From a virus (taxonomy: Duplodnaviria > Caudoviricetes), in the IMG/VR virus record IMGVR_UViG_3300020044_003239, positions 1-38,083 of that record: a stretch of DNA of 38,083 nucleotides; one strand, given 5' to 3'. How positions within the stretch are numbered: the first letter of the stretch is position 1; every line of letters starts with the position of its first letter. The position numbers and the translations under genes are program-made. Below, one piece after another: positions 1 through 7,239 of this stretch. The notes under the pieces are model-generated. The model saw only the letters and a list, made by a program, of their open reading frames with translations, did not search any database and was not told the DNA's origin.

Positions 1-216
1 CATGGTGGGAAAGAGTGGGTGAAGACCGAATCAGCGAGTATCTATCAGACACCTGCTTGGCGCATTATTCGGGACAGACAATTATCACTACAGCCCCTGT
101 GTCAAGCCTGTCTGTTAGACGGACACGTTGAAATAGGCAATCACGTTGACCACGTGTTCCCTTGGAAACAGATAGGTAATAGGGCATTCCTTAACAACGT
201 GTTTCAGACCTTATGT
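1..216 (+). CDS. Terminase-associated HNH endonuclease (HK97 gp74-like), internal fragment; open at window start, truncated at inversion junction ~216
   Basis: Frame 1 is open from base 1: HGGKEW..IYQTPAWRIIRDRQLSLQPLCQAC...HVDHVFPW...NNVFQTLC. The expected CxxCH..K tail is replaced by the antisense of the neighbouring region. Confidence 0.8.
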
Positions 217-237
217 ATCTTGTGTATCTTCTGTAGG

Positions 238-1014
238 TCAATCCCAATAGGTATTGAATGCTTTGAGAGGGTAGAACACTAGACTGTTGCGATAGCCTCC
301 CTTTTGGGTAGGCAATATGGGGGTTACTCCATGGACATTGCGCCAAGCCGGGTATACAAGCATGGAGTTATCTCTACTGTCCACTGTAGCGCCGTAGTCT
401 GGAACAGTCGTGTTACCGCCCCTTGCATTCTGTTTTTTGGCGATGATGACGTTGACACAGCCCTCAAGATTGCCGGCATCCCGGTGGAATGGTGCGCTAA
501 TGTTGAAGTTGCTAATGCTCGATGTGAATAATTCCCCAAACCGCCATTGCGGTGGTACTTTTGTCTCAATGATAGATTTTTGTCGTTCATAAATGCTTGG
601 TGTAATCTCTTTGATGAGTTGCTCTGATTCCCTACAGGCAAGCATCATCGCTTTGATAAATGTCGAGGCTGATTTCACTGAGTGAACGCTAGACATTGTT
701 GGGTAAGGTCGCCTCATGTGAGGCTTTGGAGGGCAAGAACCGATTATGGTACTGTATTGCTCCACTTCGTTCTCAGCGTTTGTTAGGCCGCTTGACCGCC
801 TCATTACGCTTTTGGGGACTCGGTCCGAAAGCAATTCAGCGTTAGCAACGTCAATAAATTGCGCTAATTTGCCCGTGATTTGTTTGATGTAAAAGCCTAC
901 AGGCTCACCATCGGCATAAAACACGCAATCCTCTGTTACGTTTGGCTCAATATCACCGCAAGTGTCGCCAATCTTCACGTTATGAGGGATTTGTACAAGT
1001 TCAACACGTTTCAT
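238..1014 (-). CDS. TET/JBP-family 2OG-Fe(II) dioxygenase (5-methylpyrimidine oxidase)
   Basis: HxD (FHRDAGN), distal His (NVHGVTPI) and RxS (GYRNSLVFY) in the TET/JBP arrangement, preceded by FTSSISNFN. Confidence 0.88.
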   Translation of the reverse strand: MKRVELVQIPHNVKIGDTCGDIEPNVTEDCVFYADGEPVGFYIKQITGKLAQFIDVANAELLSDRVPKSVMRRSSGLTNAENEVEQYSTIIGSCPPKPHMRRPYPTMSSVHSVKSASTFIKAMMLACRESEQLIKEITPSIYERQKSIIETKVPPQWRFGELFTSSISNFNISAPFHRDAGNLEGCVNVIIAKKQNARGGNTTVPDYGATVDSRDNSMLVYPAWRNVHGVTPILPTQKGGYRNSLVFYPLKAFNTYWD

Positions 1015-1892
1015 TTCTTTTCCTTCAGAAATTTTGGGTGATAGTTTTTATTCCGAAACTGATATAAAACAGACCAATCCACGCCTCTTGGCACGTTTTT
1101 TTCCATTGTCTCAATTTCCTTACGCATACGCTCAATGTAAAAGCCTACATAGCGTTTGCCAAGCTTTACCTTTTTGTAAGCGCAAAGGGTTGTTTCGATG
1201 TTGAAAATGTCTTGATGCCTGATAGGTTCGTATTGAACGGCCTCAAGGATTCGGAGAAACCCTTTTTCAAGGTCTGCGTAGTTTTCGTTTGTTAGCGCCT
1301 TGTCATTGAAATGCGTGAATATGTCTTGTCGGCCTAATGCTAAAGCCAACCCGTTGCGACAACTTTCAGCATTGCGTAAGTCTAGCGTGTGCGGTGTCAT
1401 CTTCGTGTTAGTAAGCACTGACACCATCTCAAGGTAAATAAACATAGTGAACCTACCGAAATAATGTAGGCTGTCTAAGGCTTTCAGGCTGTTCTTGTAG
1501 GTTTCTACCGATGAGGCGTGTTGTAGACGTTTAAAAAAAGCCTCTTGGTTGTTACCTACAATAGCTTTGTAGGATTTGAAGCAATTTACAAACTCATTAT
1601 TGCTTCGCACCCGCGCCCGGTCTGTTTGAAACACTAGCTTTTCCCTGTTAGCGGTCCACCAACGCTGTAATCGGCCTACATCGACTGTTTGATAGTCGGG
1701 AAATTCATTGTAAATGTAAAAGACTGTAGGGGCGCAGTAACACGTACCAAACAAAAAAGCTAACCAATATCTTTGCTCAGTGTTGAGTTCGTATCTGTCG
1801 CTTATGTAGGACAAACAATCATTTTGAGGGTCAATATCATTTGCGGCAGACGATTCCCGGTGAAACCTCAAGTATTCAGTTATGTTGTCCAT
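1011..1892 (-). CDS. aGPT-Pplase2 / amino acid:DNA transferase (HhH glycosylase-like fold)
   Basis: Motifs RYWLAFLFG, FQTDR, YFGRFTMFIYLE, IETTLCAYKK and RYVGFYIER; ATGA-coupled to the dioxygenase. Confidence 0.82.
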   Translation of the reverse strand: MDNITEYLRFHRESSAANDIDPQNDCLSYISDRYELNTEQRYWLAFLFGTCYCAPTVFYIYNEFPDYQTVDVGRLQRWWTANREKLVFQTDRARVRSNNEFVNCFKSYKAIVGNNQEAFFKRLQHASSVETYKNSLKALDSLHYFGRFTMFIYLEMVSVLTNTKMTPHTLDLRNAESCRNGLALALGRQDIFTHFNDKALTNENYADLEKGFLRILEAVQYEPIRHQDIFNIETTLCAYKKVKLGKRYVGFYIERMRKEIETMEKNVPRGVDWSVLYQFRNKNYHPKFLKEKK

Positions 1893-2479
1893 TCGTACAC
1901 CTCATGCGCGTTCAAAGGTTCGGGTTCAAGCAAACACCTACGCAAAATGTCGGCAGTAGAAGCAATGTAGGTTGCGCCGTGCCGGGTTGCCCTGTACCCT
2001 GGCCTACCCTCATTGCGAAAAAACGCAAGGGCATGCGATTTGAGTGTCAGGCCACTGAACGTAATCCCGGACTTCAGCATGCCAAGCCGGTTTTCGGACT
2101 GAAGCATGATTTCCCCGTCATTGTCGGATTCCATTTTGATTTTGTAAGCCGCTTCCATTTCGGCCTTAGTTCGCATATCAATCACGCCATTGAACACTAA
2201 ATATTCATCGCCAAAACGTAATGGCTGATTGTTCATCATGTGTTTGTAGTCGCCGCTTGTGCTGTAGCGGCAGTGACCTATAAGCCTAGTAGGGCTGTCT
2301 ATCGTTGTGAGCAAAGACTTTAGGCCGTTAGATTTGTGTTCCATGAGCCGCCCATCCTGAATAGCGGCGTATCCATAGGCGTGCATCCCGCGAATCTTTG
2401 ACTCAATGAAAACTCGCTTGAGTGTTTCTACAGCAATCGCAGTAGGGTTATCACTAATAAAACCTATGATGGCGCACAT
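1880..2479 (-). CDS. Stand-alone class II (Ntn) glutamine amidotransferase domain protein
   Basis: N-terminal M-C-A-I-I-G nucleophile Cys, RG.HAYG, GHCRYSTSG, NNQP, FNGVI, SDNDGE. Confidence 0.88.
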   Translation of the reverse strand: MCAIIGFISDNPTAIAVETLKRVFIESKIRGMHAYGYAAIQDGRLMEHKSNGLKSLLTTIDSPTRLIGHCRYSTSGDYKHMMNNQPLRFGDEYLVFNGVIDMRTKAEMEAAYKIKMESDNDGEIMLQSENRLGMLKSGITFSGLTLKSHALAFFRNEGRPGYRATRHGATYIASTADILRRCLLEPEPLNAHEVYEWTT

Positions 2480-2922
2480 ATTTGCCTCAAGTCTTTAAAC
2501 ACTTCTTCTGTAGGTCGGTTGTTGTTCACTATGTGAAGCCCAAAAGGGTAAACTTTTTTCCATCCCGGTAATTTTTTAATGAAACTGTAGTGCGCTTTGA
2601 ATTTGTCTAGGTTGTAAGAGGCCGCGCCACGCTTCAATGTTCTTTGTTTGACTGTTTCCGGGAGACTGTGCATCACGATTATTTCCAAGCTTGTTAGCCG
2701 GGATAAGCGCATCAATGTAGGTTCGGTTTGAAAGATACAGCCGTGTATGACCATATCGGTTTTGCTTGCTTTCACTAAGCTTACAAGTTCATTCACGCTA
2801 CCAATAGCGTCTAAACCGGCTTTCCCGCCAATGTAGTTGTAATGAGGAAATTGTTTTTCAAGCAGATTTGCTTGGGTCGTTTTTCCGCATCCGTGATAGC
2901 CGACCAGATAAAAACACTTCAC
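2464..2922 (-). CDS. P-loop nucleotide/DNA kinase-like protein
   Basis: Walker A GYHGCGKTT after a hydrophobic strand and an RxxxR-like lid (KQRTLKRG); GTG start at 2922 overlaps the ParB stop (GTGA). Confidence 0.75.
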   Translation of the reverse strand: MKCFYLVGYHGCGKTTQANLLEKQFPHYNYIGGKAGLDAIGSVNELVSLVKASKTDMVIHGCIFQTEPTLMRLSRLTSLEIIVMHSLPETVKQRTLKRGAASYNLDKFKAHYSFIKKLPGWKKVYPFGLHIVNNNRPTEEVFKDLRQICAPS

Positions 2923-3521
2923 AGCTTGTCTTTTTCGGCCTTCAGGTAGGTGAGAAGCATATACCCGACATAGCCGCCCTGTTCGCGCCAAAACTTGACC
3001 AGTTCCTGTGCTTCTTCATAGTGGTCAGGCTCAAACTCGATTTGAATGGCTTTACGAACACCCTTTGCCATATCGTCAAGTTGGTCATCAATTTCCTCAT
3101 CGTCTAACACGGAGTAATCAACGCTTGCTGATTTGAGTTCAGACGGGTCAAACGCTAACAAATCAATGTTGAACCCGGCATCTCGGAGGTCTTGAATCTC
3201 TAGTTCAAGCATCTGCTCATCCCAACCACTGTTCAACGCAATTTTGTTATCAGCAATGACATAAGCCCGTTTCTGAGCCTCTGTTAGGTGTGAAAGGTCG
3301 ATTGTAGGGACTTCACGCATACTCATCTTGAGTGCGGCCTGATAGCGCCCGTGACCGGCAATGATGCCGTTTTCACCATCGAGCAATATAGGGGATGTAA
3401 ACCCGAATTCTTTGATGCTTGAGGCTATTTGCCCCACTTGTAATTCGCTGTGTGTACGCGAATTTCTAGCATAAGGAATCAGGTCAGTTGTTTGTTTGTA
3501 AACAATCTTCAGTTTTGTCAT
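2919..3521 (-). CDS. ParB/Srx-like N-terminal domain protein (no methylase domain attached)
   Basis: LIPYARNSRTHS..QIASSIKEFGFTSPIL..IIAGHGR..A..IADNKIALNSGWD; acidic linker and short C-terminal domain. Confidence 0.88.
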   Translation of the reverse strand: MTKLKIVYKQTTDLIPYARNSRTHSELQVGQIASSIKEFGFTSPILLDGENGIIAGHGRYQAALKMSMREVPTIDLSHLTEAQKRAYVIADNKIALNSGWDEQMLELEIQDLRDAGFNIDLLAFDPSELKSASVDYSVLDDEEIDDQLDDMAKGVRKAIQIEFEPDHYEEAQELVKFWREQGGYVGYMLLTYLKAEKDKL

Positions 3522-3535
3522 ATCTTGTCCTGTGG

Positions 3536-3937
3536 TTATTTTAGGAATCTTATTTTGTAAATAGTCGAATCAATCAGTTGTGCGATTTCATCAGTGATAT
3601 TTTGCAGTTCTGAATCTTCAGGAAAACCATCAGCAACTCGCAATGTTTCCACTTCTTTGCTTAAATATCTCATGTATTCCAAAGCTGATTTTGGCAATTC
3701 ATAGTCTGTAGTGAATTTGGTCAACAAACCATATTTCCCTTGAAAAGCCTCTATAAAATCATCAACAAGGTCGCCGATTTCTGTGTAATACGTTTCAAGC
3801 GCCTTATGTTCGGAATAGCTTGTCGTTGTCAGGTGCAATATGTGCCCGTTAGTGACGCTATGCAACAAACACATGGTGAATTGCATTACGGGGTCATTGG
3901 GCTGAACCGCCTCTACCCTAGCTGTGAATTTGACCAT
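3536..3937 (-). CDS. Ferritin/Dps-like four-helix protein (DUF5856-like)
   Basis: HILHL...SYSEHKALETYY..I.DLVD.FIEAFQGKYG...ELQNITDEI...IYKIRFL. Confidence 0.7.
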   Translation of the reverse strand: MVKFTARVEAVQPNDPVMQFTMCLLHSVTNGHILHLTTTSYSEHKALETYYTEIGDLVDDFIEAFQGKYGLLTKFTTDYELPKSALEYMRYLSKEVETLRVADGFPEDSELQNITDEIAQLIDSTIYKIRFLK

Positions 3938-3954
3938 GTAGCCTCCCTTTGAAG

Positions 3955-4212
3955 TTACATTGTAAGCCTACGGATTGTTTCGTTCAAGACTGATAACTCA
4001 TTTTTTTTCAACACGTTCCAAATACTTCTGCGCCCGTGTATGCCGTTGTGTGAACCTTGATGGCAATCCTTACACAAAGGAATACACAGGTATTGCATAT
4101 GTTGTTCAACGTGATGAGCGTCTGATGGCCCGGCTTGACCGCATACCCCACAGGGCATATCTTTGACTCTTGCTAGGTGTAGACGTTCTGTAGATGTTAG
4201 TTTGTTGTTCAT
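3955..4212 (-). CDS. Small Zn-binding HNH nuclease (Ref/DUF968-like)
   Basis: PCGVCG..SDAHH..IPLCKDCHQG..GIH. Confidence 0.7.
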   Translation of the reverse strand: MNNKLTSTERLHLARVKDMPCGVCGQAGPSDAHHVEQHMQYLCIPLCKDCHQGSHNGIHGRRSIWNVLKKNELSVLNETIRRLTM

Positions 4213-4667
4213 TCTATTTCGACAACCAAATTGCCGTTTGATTTGATGTAATCTCTTGTTTTCTTAACATAGCGTTCAAATTCAGCCCGGCTGATGCTTG
4301 CCTGTTGTAAATCAGCATACTCTAACAATTCCCTGACAGCCTGAATGCCAAGGCCATCAAACCCCATTCTCATTGTGGACTGATAGCGCATAGCCGCTTT
4401 GTGTAGGGCATCTTGGGCTTTCTCACATACGGGTAGGACTTCCGGCCCAATTCCGTTTTTTGCCATCATTTCTGACAAGTTAAGCACATCTACAAGTGTT
4501 CGCCAATCACCAACTGTTCCCATTCCCCTAGTGATAGCGTCTAATGCCGCGTATTCAGTGAACCGCAGTTTGTCTAACGTCTGTCTTGGGGTAATAGCCG
4601 CCCCAATGATTCCGTGTTGTATTGGGTCTATCAGCGCCCAAAACTTTCTTTTTGTGTATTTTCTCAT
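4209..4667 (-). CDS. Hypothetical phage protein
   Basis: 152 aa ORF with ATGA overlaps at both ends. Confidence 0.75.
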   Translation of the reverse strand: MRKYTKRKFWALIDPIQHGIIGAAITPRQTLDKLRFTEYAALDAITRGMGTVGDWRTLVDVLNLSEMMAKNGIGPEVLPVCEKAQDALHKAAMRYQSTMRMGFDGLGIQAVRELLEYADLQQASISRAEFERYVKKTRDYIKSNGNLVVEIE

Positions 4668-4996
4668 TCGTGCGACCTTACAAGCATCCTTTCAGTGGCT
4701 TGCCGGGTGCGCCATATCTCAATGTCAAGCCGTGCGGCCTCGATTTTCCATTTGAGTGTTTCTTCTTCCTCAATGGCGCAAGCCAAACCCTCTAGCAATT
4801 CTCTGTACTCAGGATTGGCATAGGCTTCACGTTCCTGTGCATTAGCGGCCTCGATGCCTTTACGCAAAGCATCTTTCATCAGCAAAGCTTTTTTTGACTT
4901 CCGAAATTCGTCAAGGTATGTTCTGCGGCCTTTGGCATTGCCATAAGCCCCGGCATTGTCCCGGATGAATTGCGCCCGTTCTTCAACATCTTTCAT
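4664..4996 (-). CDS. Hypothetical helical phage protein
   Basis: 110 aa coiled-coil-like ORF (QEREAYANPEY..IEIWRT), coupled to its neighbours. Confidence 0.75.
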   Translation of the reverse strand: MKDVEERAQFIRDNAGAYGNAKGRRTYLDEFRKSKKALLMKDALRKGIEAANAQEREAYANPEYRELLEGLACAIEEEETLKWKIEAARLDIEIWRTRQATERMLVRSHE

Positions 4997-5282
4997 TTTT
5001 TATCTCCAATGCGTCTATTGCGTCATGTACGCTTGTTACTAAAAAAACTACACCCTTCCACGATGTATGCCAAACAATTTGGTCTTCGGTCAATTTGCGC
5101 TCAGATGGCGGCTTACGTCCGTCTTTTATTTCCATGAGGATATTTTTTCCTCGATAGCCTACCAGTAGGTCAGGACAGCCTTGCCCAACAGCAGACAGTA
5201 ATTGAACTGTAGCGCCGACAGCCCTTAGTGCTGACACGATTTGTGTTTGGTTTGCATCAATTCTTGCGGCGTATCGCATCAT
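4983..5282 (-). CDS. VRR-NUC / PD-(D/E)XK nuclease (putative Holliday junction resolvase)
   Basis: DANQ..IV.ALR..G, GCPDLLVG, MEIKDG, KLTEDQ. Confidence 0.82.
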   Translation of the reverse strand: MMRYAARIDANQTQIVSALRAVGATVQLLSAVGQGCPDLLVGYRGKNILMEIKDGRKPPSERKLTEDQIVWHTSWKGVVFLVTSVHDAIDALEIKNERC

Positions 5283-5469
5283 TTTCCTTTTGTATGTTCA
5301 TTCTGCGTTTCAAATCGTCTGCAATGATTTGTCCCCTTTTTTTTGCTATTTCGCTGATAGTTATGTTCCACCATTCAATAGCCTCTCCACGACCTTCCTC
5401 AAGGTGTTTTTTTCTGTATCTTGAAATCCACTCGCGGGCTTCACAGTCCCTAAAATGTTCCATATCCAT
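5257..5469 (-). CDS. Hypothetical protein
   Basis: ORF (EHFRDCEAREWI...IAKKRG) overlapping neighbours in the operon. Confidence 0.65.
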   Translation of the reverse strand: MDMEHFRDCEAREWISRYRKKHLEEGRGEAIEWWNITISEIAKKRGQIIADDLKRRMNIQKENDAIRRKN

Positions 5470-5572
5470 CAAGGTCGCCTGTCATTTCTAACGCTTTTGT
5501 AATAATTGACTCAGGGTAAGGTATACCCTCACGCACCCTGTCAAGGATTTTCATCGCCATTTCGTATGTCAT
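5450..5572 (-). CDS. Small hypothetical protein (40 aa, MTYEMAMKILDRVREG...TGDLDGYGTF)
   Basis: Below the ORF-track cutoff; fills the operon gap with an ATGA overlap. Confidence 0.6.
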   Translation of the reverse strand: MTYEMAMKILDRVREGIPYPESIITKALEMTGDLDGYGTF

Positions 5573-5736
5573 TCTTTTAGCATTCCTGAGATGTAGGGCC
5601 ATTCGTGTTTAACAAAATGTTGATGATTGGCCCAAGCCAATAAAAAATACCAACAGGACCTTGAACTGCTTATAAAACCGGCATCATAAATTTCTGCCAT
5701 TTTTAAACACGTTTTTTTGGATGGTGCTTTATTCAT
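5569..5736 (-). CDS. Small hypothetical protein (55 aa, MNKAPSKKTCLKMAEIY...)
   Basis: ATGA overlaps with the replication gene stop and the next start. Confidence 0.55.
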   Translation of the reverse strand: MNKAPSKKTCLKMAEIYDAGFISSSRSCWYFLLAWANHQHFVKHEWPYISGMLKE

Positions 5737-6482
5737 GCTTTTCTCCGGAGTTCAGCCATTCTTGCTAATTCGGCTAGGGTTGGTGGTCTTGTTACACGTT
5801 CATCAGCTTTAATTTTTTCTAAAGCCGGGTCAGGCTCATTTTTCGAAGGGACTGTGAGCCTTACTATGTCAGCCGGGTTTATCTTTGGGGTTGTTGTGCT
5901 ACGGACCCAATTACGCCATGTTGCATCCCAATCAAGCTTTACGCCTTTTTGTCCCGGTTGAGCAATCCAATAATCCTTGAATTTTTCAAAGGTTTTCAGC
6001 GGGTCTAATTCGGGCCTTTCGTCTTTACAAAATCTGAACCATAGACCGGGCAAAGGCAAATCGGGTTGGAGGCGTGAGCCTCTGTTGACCTTAACTATTG
6101 GTTCTTGGTTCTTGGTTCTCGGTTCTTGGTTACTATTGCCCCCGCTAATGGGGAGGCTATCCGCACCCTTTGACCATCGCTTTGCCGCCCCACGTTTACC
6201 GGCCTCGATGAATCCTTGGTACTTGGCAATCTCATCATCGCACCGGGAATGATGCCAACAACCATCGTCTTGCAAGGTAAAAAATTCCTCCAATATTGCG
6301 TCTACTAACGTCTCATGTTGTCCCATGCGAATTCGTCTTGCAACTTGTTTCCCATCATTGGGTAAAGGTTTTTCACTGGTGTAATAAAGGTCCAACAGTC
6401 GCCGGTATGCGATGTCTTCCTCAATGCTGAGATGCGCGGTGTCGGCAATGTAGTCGCCAACGTGAAACGGATAATGAAACAT
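5733..6482 (-). CDS. DUF1376 (YdaU-family) replication initiator protein
   Basis: MFHYPFHVGDYIADTAHLS.EE..AYRRLLDLYY...LEEFF..G.WHHSRCDDEI; C-terminal FKDYW..K.DWDATWRNW; GGAG RBS before the ATG at 6482. Confidence 0.85.
   Translation of the reverse strand: MFHYPFHVGDYIADTAHLSIEEDIAYRRLLDLYYTSEKPLPNDGKQVARRIRMGQHETLVDAILEEFFTLQDDGCWHHSRCDDEIAKYQGFIEAGKRGAAKRWSKGADSLPISGGNSNQEPRTKNQEPIVKVNRGSRLQPDLPLPGLWFRFCKDERPELDPLKTFEKFKDYWIAQPGQKGVKLDWDATWRNWVRSTTTPKINPADIVRLTVPSKNEPDPALEKIKADERVTRPPTLAELARMAELRRKA
6099..6133. repeat. Five tandem 7-bp repeats (TGGTTCT) inside the replication gene; candidate origin iterons
   Basis: tggttct-tggttct-tggttct-cggttct-tggttac, encoding NQEPRTKNQEP. Confidence 0.65.
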
Positions 6483-6510
6483 ATTTTCTCCAACTGTCCT
6501 CCACTGAAGA

Positions 6511-6572
6511 AACACCGGCAAGTGGGGAGGCTCACTTTTCAAACTGTTCATGACTTCAGTTCTAGCCGGGTT
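6511..6572 (-). ncRNA. Putative three-way-junction leader RNA upstream of the replication gene
   Basis: Outer stem CCGGC/GCCGG enclosing hairpins AACTG/CAGTT and AAGTG/CACTT. Confidence 0.45.
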
Positions 6573-6579
6573 CGCCGTG

Positions 6580-6607
6580 ATTATGCCGCCGGTCCGGGAC
6601 ACTGCAA
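6580..6607 (-). promoter_or_regulatory. Candidate sigma70 promoter for the leftward replication/modification operon
   Basis: TTGCAG-16 nt-CATAAT just upstream of the structured leader. Confidence 0.35.
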
Positions 6608-6728
6608 AACTATATTTTTTTCTAACACGAAAATGCGAGGTTCAACGATTGCAATGACCCCGAACCGAATATCTATCTGCATCAAAAAATTGCTTAAACG
6701 TGCGATTTTTGCTGTTCTTACGCATCAC

Positions 6729-6742
6729 CAGGGAATTCCCTG
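6729..6742. promoter_or_regulatory. Perfect 14-bp palindrome in the divergent control region (candidate operator)
   Basis: CAGGGAATTCCCTG. Confidence 0.4.
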
Positions 6743-6867
6743 AATTTGAATTTTCCGACATTCCCCTACGTTTTAGTTAAGTATAAAAAATAGTTCTTGC
6801 CGTATTTTTTTTAAGCATCAGAATTCCTTTCATGCCTCTATTTCGAGGTCTTTTTAAAGGAACTAGC

Positions 6868-7239
6868 ATGAAATGCTATTGGGATAACACAGGCAAGTTT
6901 CAACAACAAGCCGACATTCTTCAGAAACTGTTGCCTGACTCAGGCCAATGCCCCAACGTCACTCAGAACGAAGCACTTGATTTGTTTCGCCGCGCAGTGA
7001 ACTGCTACTACGATTTGTACAACAACGGCCTGTGCAACAAAGCACAACAGTTTGCGGCTATTTTCCGCATCTCCGGCGTACCGGCAGAGATTCGCTCACG
7101 CCGTGGTTTTTCAACAGATTTGTCATTGGAAACAATGATGGCTATCGAGTACCGCATGGACCAAATCGTCACTGCCGCTGTAATGGAACAGTTTTCAAAA
7201 GATTTTGTTGTTGCCGAATATATGAAAGGATCAAAATAA
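6868..7239 (+). CDS. Hypothetical early protein
   Basis: AAAGGA RBS before ATG 6868; YWDNTGKFQ...YYDLYNNGLCN. Confidence 0.75.
   Translation: MKCYWDNTGKFQQQADILQKLLPDSGQCPNVTQNEALDLFRRAVNCYYDLYNNGLCNKAQQFAAIFRISGVPAEIRSRRGFSTDLSLETMMAIEYRMDQIVTAAVMEQFSKDFVVAEYMKGSK

Noticed and set aside
217-282. C-terminus of ORF 19..282 (ILCIFCRSIP...) as a real Cys-rich tail
   Set aside because: It lies beyond the inversion junction and is antisense to the dioxygenase 3' end
6511-6572. tRNA gene
   Set aside because: Only two internal hairpins, and no TTCGA T-loop, D-loop consensus or CCA end
6483-6602. N-terminal extension of the replication protein in the ORF track (likewise starts at 2991, 7032, 7531, 12318, 14363, 25090, 29951, 32899)
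   Set aside because: Downstream starts have RBSs or stop/start overlaps, while the extensions overlap other genes or RNA structures
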